From assembly GCA_001600815.1 (NCBI GenBank), contig BCKZ01000006.1, positions 496,001-539,899 of the forward strand: 43,899 bases of DNA, in the 5' to 3' direction. Positions within the stretch are counted from its first letter, which is position 1. Every line of letters starts with the position of its first letter. This DNA is from Alloascoidea hylecoeti (Eukaryota). Shown piece by piece: positions 11,892 through 24,596 of this stretch. Made by a program: the position numbers and the translations under genes. The notes under the pieces were generated by a model, which ran no database searches, had not been told where the DNA came from, and was given only the letters and a program-made list of their open reading frames with translations.

Positions 11892-12419
11892 TCATACAAA
11901 TTTTGGTCGTTTATTCCAATTTTGCAATATAGCGTCTGTACCAGTTGCAACAGTTTGATACTCAATAATGTCAGAATCAATGAAATTTCTCTTTTTAGAT
12001 GTAGATGGTTTATCAGTTAATAAATGACCATATGTATTAAAGTTTGATGATGATATAGTTATTTCTTGTGATATTGTGTTTGTATTTAAAGGAACAGTTG
12101 GGTAAAATACTAATCTACCAAAAGGTAAGTGTAAAGGTAAGATTGGTATATCAATATTAGTATAATTATTAAGATGATCCATGTTTATATCTGTATCCGT
12201 ATAATATTCATTTCCAGTTTTAGTTTCAGTTTCAGTGTCAGTTTCATGATTAAGATCATGATTTTTAAGATTAGATTCAAGAATAATAATTGAATCTTGA
12301 TTTATTGTAACAGATTTATTTACTAAACTTATGGGATCAATTTTAAAAACTTCAATATGATATATAGTATTATGATTATTATGATTATTTTGATTATTTT
12401 GATTATTTTGATTATTTTG

Positions 12420-12467
<48 letters not shown>

Positions 12468-13019
12468 TGATTTTAATTGTAATTGAATTATATCACCTTT
12501 AGTTAAAACAATAAAATTTTGAAGTAATCTTTCTTTAAATAAATGAGAATTAAAATCATTAAAATTATCAATTGAGGATAATATTTTAAGGAAGATTTTT
12601 TGACCTATTGGTATTTTTAAAGAATTAGATTGTAAATGAATAATTGAAGAAGGTTGTAATTGTAATTGATTCATTAACCATAGAGGAAGAAATACAAATT
12701 GAGTTTCTGGATCATCATTGTTGATATGACAATGGGTATATCGATGGATTCCAACATGGGTTGATAGACGTAGATGAGGATTTATTATTTTAAATACAGG
12801 ATTTTGAGGAAATGAATCTAAGAAAAAGTGAAAAGTGGAGATTAGAATTTGTTAAGAATATGAATATCCAAGCAGTAAAAATAAATACATACTGTTTATA
12901 ATTAAGTCAAAAGAGGTTTGCGATAAGATTATCATACCGGTATAATTTGCCTCCTGTTTCTGTGGAAGGGATAAAGAAGATAAATCGGATACGGGATAAC
13001 ACATGAAACGTTTTAACAT
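11892..13019 (-). CDS. Highly divergent Ufd1-like (UT3 domain) protein, 2 exons (13019-12893, 12817-11892), ~350 aa
   Basis: Intron 12892-12818 GTATGT..TAG in frame; FMCYPVS...ANYTGMIILSQ...THVGI...VFLPLWLMNQLQLQPSS...IPIGQKIFLK...LQNFIVLTKGDIIQL...LHLPFGRLVF parallels Ufd1 motifs. Confidence 0.75.
12372..12468. repeat. Coding microsatellite (AAT)n/(AATAATCAA)n giving a poly-Asn/Gln tract
   Basis: Visible triplet and 9-mer repeats inside the UFD1-like exon. Confidence 0.9.
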
Positions 13020-13175
13020 TTTATAGAATGTAATATTTTCATTAATAATAAATTGTTTATAGACTGTGGTATGCCGATTGATGTAATGTATGGAACACAA
13101 AAGGAAAAAGAAAGTAAGGTTGTGGATAAGAAGGATTTTCAGAAAATAGGCACCACCCAAATTAAAAATATCATC

Positions 13176-14034
13176 ATGGCGCCTCATGGACAAGCCACGG
13201 TAGGTACAGACCCCCATTTAACGGAGTGACCACTACGGATAGCATACTAATGACAAGACAGAGCAAGTTGAAAATGACACTCAAGATGAGCATCAACCGG
13301 CTTCGAATGAATCAGCAGAAACAGAGCGCACTTGCCAAACAGCAGCGCCGATCGATGGCGGAGCTGCTTGAGCAGGGCAAGGAGGAGAGCGCACGGATCC
13401 GGGTGGAGAACATCATCCGGGAGGACATAAACATCGAGCTGATGGAGATCATGGAGTTATACTGCGAGCTGCTGTTGGCTCGGATGGGGCTGTTGGAAGC
13501 CAAGTAAGTAGCCATGTTAATGCTGAGCACGGATGGGCCATTGATACTGACAGACACAGGGAATGCGACGTTGGGCTGGAAGAGGCTGTTTGCTCCATCA
13601 TTTACGCAGCTCCACGCACCCAGGTCCGGGAGCTGCAGCAGGTCCGCGACATGCTGATGATGAAGTTCGGCAAGGACTTCGCCATCCACGCCATGGAAAA
13701 CGCCGGCGGCGTGGTCCCGGAAAGAGTCACCAAACGCCTTTCTGTTGAGCCGCCCTCGCGGGAGCTGGTTTCGTTGTATCTGATGGAGATTGCGCGCGCC
13801 TACAGGGTCCCGTTTAGCGACCTGCACGACTCGGATGGCAGCGACGGAGGGGACAAATTCGCCACCCCCGTGGCAGAGGACGCGGTGTCGGCCGTCCACC
13901 CCGACCCGACCGAAACCGAGCCTCCCAGGAAGCTTCCTCTGCGGCAGCCTCTGCGGCCGAAAAAAGTGCCCAGCGCAGACGACAAAGAGCTGGACGACCT
14001 TAGAAAAAGGTTTGATGCGCTGAAGAAGTTGTGA
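13176..14034 (+). CDS. IST1: ESCRT-III-associated Vps4 regulator Ist1, 3 exons (13176-13199, 13262-13503, 13560-14034)
   Basis: Introns GTAGGT..CAG and GTAAGT..CAG with TACTAAT/TACTGAC branch points; ARIRVENIIRED, ELYCELLLAR, EAVCSIIYAAPR, C-terminal MIM LRKRFDALKKL. Confidence 0.93.
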
Positions 14035-14203
14035 GCTAATAAGTGATATCATAATTGAATTGTATGTAATTAGTAAAGGCCAGCCGAGCAGCCGACCTGT
14101 CAACAATAAATTACTGCAGTAGATTTAATTGTCGACGTAAATCTAAACATCCTTTTCTTTTCCGTCCCATCCTTTCTTTTTGCAGAACTGCCCTATTCGC
14201 ACA

Positions 14204-17200
14204 ATGGACTCAAACAGTGGAAACCATCTTCTTTTGGGCTTCATAAATTCCGATCATTTCTCTTCTTTTAAATGCGTCGCATATCTCGAAAGGTACGCTT
14301 CGAACATAGGAATTCACCACTACATTTGTAACAAGTTGAAGTCCTATGAATATAACGAAATTGAATTCTTCGTCCCCCAACTCTGTCAACTATTAGTCAC
14401 CGTCGAGACGGAAAGTATGGCTTTGGAGGACTTGATACTCTCGTTGAGCCAAGATCACCCCCACTTTGCCTTATTGGTACGTCATAGTTCCATTTCCATT
14501 TCCATTTATATCCATACTCATATTTATATTCATATTTATATTGATATATTAACTGTTTTATAGGTCTTTTGGCATCTACAAGCACACAGATTAGATCTCT
14601 CGGATGACCCCCAATGCTACGGTTTCCAAACATGTCGTAGGGTACTAAATCAACTTCAATATATCTTATTTAAAGGTTTCATACCGCGTGAATTTAAAAA
14701 ATTTAGAGAAAATTCAACTCCAGCCTTAGTTCTATCTTCCGCTATTGCCTGTGCGGTTGCCATGCCTTCCATTGGTGATTATATTGCTCCTATCGCTAAA
14801 TCCCAAGGTAAAAAACAAAGAAGTTTCGTGTTCCAAATATTAAACCACATTAAGGGGAAATCAAAGCTGATTTCTTCTGCTACATTGCCAACACCATCAT
14901 CATCAAATAACCAATCACAATTGCAAAGAGTTGGCAGTACTATTACTAATCCTGAAGTCAATAGAAATCAAAAAAATCCTAAATCCACTCAATTTATATC
15001 TTCAAATGAAAATGATCAATTATCCTCTCCTAGACCTTCATCTGTTAATTCAATCGCTACATGTTCTGTTTCTTCAACTTTTTCAAAATCAAAATCTGAT
15101 CAAGATCCTGATTCGGATTCAAATACTGATCGTGAAGATTTAACTTCTTCAATTACAAATTATAATAGTAATAACAATATCAATATCAATATCAATAATA
15201 ATAACAGTAGTATTATGAATAGTACTATGAGTCCTATAACACCAAAATTTAATCGTAATAGCATATGGCCACTTAATCAATTACCTTTTTATTCAAATGT
15301 TGATACAAATTCAACACCTGAATTTTCTAATATTCCTCAATTTCAAGATCCAAATGATTTAGGAACTCCTAAATTAGAAGAACAATCATATTTCGACTCT
15401 TTCATTCCAACAAATACTTCTCAAAATTTATATAATCAACGTTTATCTTCCCCATTTCTTAATTCACATCAAAGAACTTTATCATCATCATCATTATCAT
15501 CAAAAACAAAAATTCAATTATTAAAAACTAATTATTTTAAAAATGAAACTCAATTTTTAATGGCTTTAGAAACAATTGCAATTAGATTATTAAATGTACC
15601 AAAAGAAGCAAGATTATCAACTTTAAGAGCTGAAATAACAATGCTTAATAAAGATTTACCATTACAAGTTGATATACCAATTTTATTACCAAGATCAAAA
15701 AAATTTTATCAAAAACCTTTTGGAAAATTAAATAAAATTGTTAGAATAAGTCCTGCTGAAGTAAATGTTTTAAATTCTGCTGAAAAGGCACCATTTTTAT
15801 TATTAATTGAATATTTAAAAGATGATTTTGATTTTGAACCATTTAATGATGAAAATTCTAAAATTTTAAAAAATTTATCAAAATCAAATTTAAAATTAAA
15901 ATCAAATTTAAATAAAAAAAAAAGTAATTCAATTTCAAATTTTTCAAATTATAGATTTGATTGGGGATTTTCAAGTCCTCAAAGATTTCTTAATGAAGAA
16001 AAAATTAATAATAATAATGATAATGATAATGATGATTATGATAATGATAATGATAATGATAATGATATTTATGACAATAATGAACATGAACATGAACATA
16101 AAAATGATCATGAAAAAATTAATACGGATTTAAATTTAAATTTAAATGATATTGAAGGTGGTGATATTGGTGATATGTCCGTTGTTAAATTAACAAATAC
16201 AATAGAAGAAACTATTAAAATAAATCATAATCTTAATAATTATAATAAAAATGAAGGATTAGGTATACAAATACCACAATCACCAACAACACTCGAACCT
16301 TCAGAAACAGAATTAACAAGTCCTTTAAGATCAATTTCACCAGATTCAACAGATATTGATGCTACTGAATTAGCTACACATATGAGAATTGCAGTTACAA
16401 TGTTATCACAATTAGAACATAAAAATCAAACATTATCTTATAATGAAATAAAAAATATTAAAACAAAAATTATATCAAGTATGAAAAGTATGCAAAATCA
16501 TTCAGCTTTTACAAATTTTGATGTTATATCTTCTGAAGTTGGTGATAGAAAATTAGAAAATGATATGAAAACTGGTGGAATTGCTTCAAATAAACATCAT
16601 CATAATTCAAGTAATTCAAATAATTCAAATAATTTTAACAATAATAAAAATAATTATTATTTAGGTGAAGATTGGACAACAAAAAAAGAACGTATTAGAA
16701 AGGAATCAATTTATGGTCATTTACCAAATTGGGATTTATTCTCAGTTATTGCTAAAACTGGAAATGATTTAAGACAAGAAGCTTTTGCTTGCCAATTAAT
16801 TCAAGCAATGTCAAAATGTTGGGAAGTTCAAAAAATCCCTGTTTGGGTTAAACAAATGAGAATTTTAATAACTGGTGGTAATACTGGTTTAGTTGAAACA
16901 ATTACAAATGGTATTAGTATTCATACTATTAAAAAAGCTTTAACAAATTCAATTGGTTCTAATCCAAAAGGTCATATTCCTTCATTAAAAACACATTTTA
17001 TAAAAACTTTTGGTAATCCATCTTCAATTCAATATCAAAGAGCAATTGATGCTTTTGTAAGGTCATTAGCTGCTTATTCAGTTATCTGTTATATCTTACA
17101 AATAAAAGATAGACATAATGGAAATATCTTATTAGATAAAGCAGGTCATGTAATACATATTGATTTTGGATTCATGCTTTCAAATTCTCCTGGTAGTGTT

Positions 17201-17560
17201 GGTTTTGAAGCAGCTCCTTTCAAATTAACACAAGAATATTATGAATTAATGGGTGGATCACAAACATCTGAAAACTTCATATTATTTAAAAATTTAGTTC
17301 GGGATTCATTTAAAGCTTTAAGGAAAGAAGCAGATGGAATAATTATATTATGTGAAATGATGCAAAAAGATTCAATTTTACCTTGCTTTATCGGTGGTTC
17401 TTCTACTTCACAACAGTTAAGGAGTAGGTTTCAATTACATTTAACCGATGCTGAATGTGATAACTTTGTTGAACAACATTTAATTCAAAAATCACTTGGA
17501 AGTTTTTACACAAGATTGTACGATCAATTTCAATTGTCAACACAAGGAATATATAGTTAA
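14204..17560 (+). CDS. PIK1: Phosphatidylinositol 4-kinase type III beta, 2 exons (14204-14476, 14564-17560)
   Basis: [13 protein letters not shown], intron GTACGT..TAG in frame, [50 protein letters not shown]. Confidence 0.96.
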
Positions 17561-17679
17561 TTAAGTTTAATGTATATAGAAACACCCGAACACCGGCCAA
17601 TATAAAAATGAAATTTTTTCTCCTCTTCTTCTTTTTTAGATGGCCATCGACGACGGTCCACTCAATCACCAAAATATTT

Positions 17680-19526
17680 ATGATGACTGTTGAAACTTTT
17701 GAAAATCCTGCTAACGCTTTAAAATTGCTCGATGAGTATAAATCTCGAGATGGTCTTGATGTTCATACCTTAATGGACTCAAACATCAGAGGTGGCTTAA
17801 CTTATAATGATTTCTTATTACTTCCCGGAAAAATAGATTTCCCTTCTTCTGAAGTTTCTGTTGAATCAAAATTGACAAAGAAAATTTCCTTAAAAGCTCC
17901 TTTTGTATCTTCTCCAATGGATACCGTTACTGAAGCTGAAATGGCTATTCATATGGCTTTATTAGGTGGTATTGGTATTATTCATCATAATTGTACTGGG
18001 GAAGAACAAGCCGCAATGGTTAGAAAAGTCAAATTATATGAGAATGGATTCATTTCTGATCCTGTTGTTATTTCTCCTACTAAAACTGTTGGAGAAGTTA
18101 AGAAATTAAGAGAAGAATTGGGCTTCTCCGGATTTCCTGTTACTGGTATGTTTAAAAATTTTTTCACTCCTATAATTAAAATTTTTATTTTTTTTTTTAT
18201 TTTTTGATTATAAATGGCACCGAAAAATTTAAAATGATGTTAAACTTTTTCATAAACTTTCGTTCTTCTGTATTGATCAAACGATCGTGAGGATACTTTT
18301 TTTTCTGATTACTTTTATTTCGCTCCATTTATCATATATATGGAATATTTTTATTTTCAAAAATAATTTTTTTTTGCTTTTTACTAACACAACTTGTGAC
18401 TCTTTTTTAAGAAAATGGTGAATTCCCGGGAAAATTAGTTGGTATCATAACCACCAGAGATGTTCAATTTCATGAAGATCCATCAACTCCTGTTTCAGAA
18501 TTAATGACAACAGATTTAATTACAGCTCCACATGGTGTTGACCTTCTTCAAGCTAATGATATCTTACGTAAATCAAAGAAAGGTAAATTACCCGTTGTTG
18601 ATGGTAATGGAAACATTGTTTCCTTATTATCTCGTACAGATTTAAAGAAGAATCATAATTTTCCTTTGGCTTCTAAATCCCCTGATTCAAAACAATTATT
18701 AGTTGGTGCTGCTATTGGTACAAGACCAAATGATCGTGAAAGATTGGCCTTGTTGGTTGAAGCGGGTCTTGATGTTGTTATTTTAGATTCATCTCAAGGT
18801 AATTCTGTTTTCCAAATTGATATGTTACAATGGATTAAGAAAACTTTCCCCAATCTTGAGGTTATTGCCGGTAATGTCGTTACAAGAGAACAAGCTGCTT
18901 CTTTAATTCAAGCCGGTGCTGATGCTCTTAGAATTGGTATGGGTTCTGGTTCAATCTGTATCACTCAAGAAGTCATGGCTGTTGGCCGTCCACAAGGTAC
19001 TGCTGTTTATGCTGTTTCTCAATTTGCTAATAGATTTGGTGTACCAACTTTAGCTGATGGTGGTGTTCAAAATATCGGTCATATTACTAAAGCAATTGCT
19101 CTTGGCGCTTCTTGTGTTATGATGGGCGGTATGTTGGCTGGTACCACTGAAGCACCTGGTGAATATTTCTACCGTGATGGTAAACGTTTAAAGGTTTACA
19201 GAGGCATGGGCTCAATTGATGCAATGGAAAAGACTGGTTCACATGATAATGCTGCTACTTCAAGATATTTTTCAGAATCTGATTCAGTATTGGTTGCACA
19301 AGGTGTATCAGGATCTGTTGTTGATAAAGGATCAATATTAAAATTTATTCCTTATTTGTATAATGGTTTACAACATGGATTACAAGATATTGGTGTTGAA
19401 TCTGTTAGTGAATTTAGACAAAAAGTTGACACCGGGTTTGTCCGTTTTGAGTATAGAACTGCTTCTGCTCAAGCTGAAGGTGGAGTTCATTCATTACATT
19501 CTTATGAAAAGAGATTATACAGTTAA
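17680..19526 (+). CDS. IMD4: Inosine-5'-monophosphate dehydrogenase, 2 exons (17680-18145, 18412-19526)
   Basis: [29 protein letters not shown]; intron 18146-18411 GTATGT..TACTAAC..AAG inside FPVT/ENG. Confidence 0.95.
18230..18310 (+). ncRNA. SNR54: Intronic box C/D snoRNA, snR54-like (guides 18S Am974-equivalent)
   Basis: Box C-like ATGATGT 18234-18240, 13-nt guide AACTTTCGTTCTT 18255-18267 complementary to 18S AAGAACGAAAGUU, D'-like CTGT, box D CTGA 18305-18308; snR54 is hosted in the IMD4 intron in S. cerevisiae. Confidence 0.88.
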
Positions 19527-21222
19527 TTTCTAAAAAGACAATGATTATTATTACTAGTGATATTGTTTATGCTACATTATATATCGATCTGTAATTAATA
19601 ACTTTAATGTTTGGAGACTTTTTTTTTTGGAGAAATAAAAAAATACTATAGAAAAAGGACATTGAAAAATTAGATATTAGATTATATATTCCACATTTTG
19701 AATATGAAAATTTAAAAAGATATATATATTTATAATTTATATTGTAATTGTAATTGTATTATCAGAACTTGTGTTTATATACTTTTCTTAAAGAGCTGAT
19801 GAACAGCTTCTAATATCTTAACTGTTACACTGAGTAATCAATAACATTTCAAAATATAAATTGCTATCTTTGTATAAATATTTCATTCATCAAAATAACT
19901 AATATATGCTGCATATATCATCCGGTAATAACAGAACAGAAAATTAGATGTGTGTGCAATATTTATCATCATAACCGAATATTTAGTTTAAATAGTGACC
20001 GATATTGATCTTTTTTATTTATTCAATCATTGACAATTTTGGAATGCATTCTTAATTTCATGTATATTTTATCTTAATTTGTAATCAAAATGTAAATAAA
20101 TTTGCCATATATTATTTGACTTAAATCAACACTACAGTGCATTTCTATGTTGTCCTATGACCTCTAGATTTGAACTATTCAGAATCAAATTTTGAGCCAG
20201 AATCTAAAAGATCTTTCCACTACATGCATCCTCATTGGAAATTAAAGGATATATATCATTTTTTTCTGTTAAATAAGTCAATTACCTTTTGGTTTAATAT
20301 CTTTGACCACTTCAAATGAAATTTTAACTCTGACAATAAATTTGAAAACTATGTGGACGCTTGTACTCCGTTTTCTGATACATCTTTTTTATGGTAAATC
20401 TATACCTTATGAGAATTGTCTGGTCTGGTAGTGGGTGCTCTGTTTCTGCGAATTAAGAATAATATTTCAAGATCCCCTCTTGTCCCAGATTTGTCATAAA
20501 TATTAAAAAGTTCAAACAATCGAGCTATTATTAAAGAAATTTCTTTTCAATGAGAGATTATCTCTTCCTTAAATTTTAAATTATATATATATTTTTATAG
20601 CCCACAGGGAAATATTTAAACTCGAGAGGCATAAATTATATAAATATCAATATCGATTTTATATGCTCTTATTGCATGAAATTCTTATATAATTAATATT
20701 GAAGAGGTCAGGTTCATAATCATTCTTTCGTAATTGATTAAAATCATTTTATAGGTAAATAATCTCTAGTTTTTAATTCTACTCATAGGTAATAAATATA
20801 CAAGTAGTATATCAATATTAATTCAACCATAGGATGCCAAATTTAATAACATCAACTAGCATCCATTTTTCTAGATCCCTGGATAGTTATGTGAAATTAT
20901 GAATATAGAAGTTAACAAACCTGCGATAAATTGATAAATAGATAAATATAGATGTGATACAAATTTTATTTGCAAAAGAGAAAATTCTTAAAAAGTTTCA
21001 GGATTTGTTCTCGTCTAGCTATAGTAAATTTTTTAACGAATCCTAACTAGCTAACATAACATAACAGAAATTTCAATTGCAGCTTGAAGTATTATAAGTA
21101 AGTTAAACATCATTAATTATAGAAATATTAAAGGGATCAAGATTAGAATACATGTTTGCTAACGATTAAGGAATAGCTGATTACTAATTAGATTTTAGGA
21201 GCTTAGGCTTCAAATTCAGACA

Positions 21223-21795
21223 TTAAAACATCACACTGGACACAAAAATACAGACAAAAACTAAACCACCATGTTTCCAAGCGGATTTAGGCTCTATTAA
21301 TATCATTGCTGAATTATTTTTGGCGTTATGTGACTTATTAGATACATGTCCATGACCAGCAGCAGCTACACCGATTGCACCTCCAGCTGCTGCACCACCT
21401 ACTCGTCCACCCGAGCTCGATCCACCATTTGAATTAGAGGGAGTTTTGGGGGTAGTTCCACCTGAGCTCGATCCAGACCCTGCTTTTGGAGAGTAAGGGG
21501 GAGGAGGGTCATTGTTTCCACCTTTTGTTCCTGAACCAGAAGAACCACTATTTGGAGTATATGGTGGAGGGGGGTCATTATTTCCACCCTTTGTGCCTGA
21601 ACCACCCTTTGTGCCTGAACCAGAAGAGCCACCCCTACCTCCTCCATGGCCACCTCCGCCTTTCCTCTTAACTAAAGATATAGCTACAGGATTTCCTTCC
21701 TCATTTGAAGTAAGTTTGCTTAGTGTTGCAGTAAGTCCGAGGGATATGTGAAAAATAAGTACTAGAAGGAATAACTTTTGGATGGAAAATTGCAT
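21223..21795 (-). CDS. Gly/Ser-rich secreted protein, probable GPI anchor or C-terminal TM
   Basis: Signal peptide, Kex2-type LVKR, two GSGTKGGNNDPPPPY repeats, NNSA followed by hydrophobic C-terminus. Confidence 0.75.
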   Translation of the reverse strand: MQFSIQKLFLLVLIFHISLGLTATLSKLTSNEEGNPVAISLVKRKGGGGHGGGRGGSSGSGTKGGSGTKGGNNDPPPPYTPNSGSSGSGTKGGNNDPPPPYSPKAGSGSSSGGTTPKTPSNSNGGSSSGGRVGGAAAGGAIGVAAAGHGHVSNKSHNAKNNSAMILIEPKSAWKHGGLVFVCIFVSSVMF

Positions 21796-23525
21796 GAAGT
21801 TTTGGATTTTAAATGATATATATAAAAGAGTATCAGTAGGATTTTGATATTTATATTTCTATATAAATGTTACATCTCCTAAGTTGCATAAAAGTTTTCC
21901 CAAAGCAGGTCGGCAGCAGTGCAGCATGGCCCCAACGCAGATCATTTGCGAGGCTGTTCGTAATTTGCTGACGCATCTTGGGTGCAACAGGGTCACCAGA
22001 TAAGTTATATTGGCTCTCGGCCCAAACCTCCGCCGGCGAGCTGTTAAGACCGAGAATTCCAATTTACGGCTCTTGGTGGATGACGTAAGGAACAGGCGAA
22101 GTAATCAAGTAATCCTCAGTTCACTGATTTTCACCTTAATTTGCACTTAATTTTAACCTTAATATCAACCCATCGACATCCGCATAGCATAGCCTAGCTA
22201 TATGTTCAAGTCACCACTTTATAACTAATATCGAAGCCGTATGTGAAGGAAGCAGAAAGAAAAGAAATGCATGTTAATATACGAAATCGGATGTGTCAAT
22301 CGTGTTTGATTATATCCAACTAATATGTAGTGTAGCTAATCTGTAACTGAAGTTCCAAAATCCTGATATCGTTACAACTATAGACATCAATAGAATGATA
22401 CAGAAACCGAAGACAACATATAGAGATTGGACTATAGGCATAAAGAGTAGATATTCCCCATAATAAAACTTATCCACTATCGGCAAATAGCTGGTAGACT
22501 TATAGAAAAAGATGAAATTGAAAATTTACTATTTGTGTCTTATTATTATGTTATAATTATCATTAATTACCGCATTACTATATAGCTGGGCCTTCAAATT
22601 TATTCCTATGAAACTTCATCTTATTCCCGATCAGTTCTTTATTAGATTCGATAGATATATCTAAAAGTATTTATTTAAGATTTGTTTTTGCATAATATAT
22701 TCCTTAAATATATGCATATTATTAATTTCGCACTATACGTTATATAAATGATAATGAATTATTATGAAGTAGAATGATTAACTTCTCCATATCTTATCAC
22801 CAGCTACTTATAACAGTCAAAGTTATATGCTTTGAAATATCAACATCTTGCAAATTCAATACAACCCTTCATTGCACAGCGGTAGCATATTAAAACGGTG
22901 CACGATTATCAATAAACAATGATCATTATCAATAAGCAATAATATCGAATTAAATGTAAAGGAACTCATTATCCGAATATTCTTGAGGACATTATTATGT
23001 CTTTGTCACATTTTAACACTACTTTAAGTGTTCTATAAATATATATTGTATTATCTAGTTTAGGGAGACAAGCAGAGATAACTTAGTCTAGTTCTTGACA
23101 GACGTCTGTATCTGTTTCCACTTTTATTTTTTAACTTTTCATATATTTTCCAATTAAATTATATAACTAGAAACTATGTAAATTCTGAGTAAATCTCTAC
23201 TATATATAGTGAAATAAAAACCTCTCTTTCTATTCTTCTTATTTTTGTGTATTCTTGACACTCTTCTTTCTTCCCTTCTTATGTACCTAGACCACCTTAA
23301 AAGTAAATTTTTTTTTTTTAGATATATTTTACTTTTTCAAGTTTTTAGAGATTAGAATCCCCCAATTAATCTCATTTAATATTTGTGGTGGTGTCCCTGC
23401 AAATCTAATATTTTTTCTTAGCTCTAGTGCCTTTTTGATCAAAGCCCATTTTTTTCTATATGGCACATATGTATATTGTATTTTTACTATGTTATTGATA
23501 GTTTACTTAACACTGAGAAGAATTT

Positions 23526-23619
23526 GACAGGCTGTCCGAGCGGTTAAGGAGATTGACTTGAATACATTAGTGTTATCAATTGGGCTTTGCCCGCGTAGGT
23601 TCGAATCCTGCGTCTGTCG
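23526..23619 (+). tRNA. tRNA-Ser(UGA) with 12-nt intron (23563-23574)
   Basis: Acceptor GACAGGC/GTCTGTC+G, anticodon stem ATTGA/TCAAT with TGA at 23559-23561, long variable arm GGGCTTTGCCC, GGTTCGAATCC, downstream poly-T; 82 nt mature. Confidence 0.95.
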
Positions 23620-24596
23620 TTAATTTTTTTGAACTTTTGGAAGCTGCATTGTCCTGCCGCCACTTCGTGGTAGTGATCGAGCCTCTTTTTTTTATTTATC
23701 TAATAACCTTTTATTATAACTGTAAAAGTTTATACGTAAATAGTATTACGCATACCAGTAAATTGCTCTACTATTCAAATAAATTAAATAGTTTAATTTA
23801 CCCTTTTAAAATAAAGTATTTAATATATAAACATATTATACATATCTAAATTGTAATTGTTAATGTAGATCTGATAAAAAAGAATTTGTGATAAAATGTC
23901 ACTTTTAAACGTTAACTGATATGCATATCTATTTATATTCGAAAGAAAACCCGTTTTTAACCAATTTACGATTCTCATTATATATTTTCATGTTATTGTA
24001 TCAAGCGCAAATCAGAACTTGCAATTGCCATTTCGATTCTCTCCTGTGTATTATATTTTCTTCAAGTTCCATGTGAAAAAATATTGTAGCTGATTTAGGT
24101 AGCAGTTAAAATTATTTAAAATATCTTTCGTGAGAAAATTCGGGTTAATAGTCGAAATTAAGTGGTTTATTAAGACACATAAAAGTGAATTTCAGTCAAT
24201 ATTGTTTATCTTTTCAGTTTATTCCATTGGCTGCTTTGAAAGATATTTATCTATATCTTTAGATCTATCTAAACTTACGTATTTTTCTTCAAGCATATAT
24301 TAAATTCACATATCTTTCATTACGGGTATCAAATTTCACAGCTTAAGAATTAGATGTGTGTAACGTAATATTTCCAGTAATCACTACTGTATTTGACTTT
24401 AAAATAAAACTAAATATTAATATTAATGATAATGATAATAATTATCTATAAGATCTATGTAAATATGGACTAAATGACATGCGAATTATTTATAAATATA
24501 ACATAAAAAAAGTAAATCAAGTTGCCTTAGTAAAAAACAAGATATAAATACTAAGCAGTAGTAAAATATATCTATAGTAAAAGCCTAGTTATATAA

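Noticed and set aside
13312..14106. 264-aa minus-strand ORF over IST1
   Set aside because: Antisense shadow of a GC-rich gene (few stops); runs through an intron and has no recognisable motif
16010..16110. (GATAAT)n/(GAACAT)n tracts in PIK1 and a 42-bp duplication in the SurE tail (40398-40458)
   Set aside because: Ordinary in-frame slippage repeats in disordered regions
14204..17560. PIK1 as a marker of a Candida-type MTL locus
   Set aside because: No PAP, OBP or MAT genes adjacent
20100..20580. Protein-looking minus-strand frame downstream of IMPDH
   Set aside because: Stops about every 20 codons, as expected by chance; no family recognised
23580..23849. 89-aa ORF starting in the tRNA
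   Set aside because: TTG start inside tRNA-Ser; spurious
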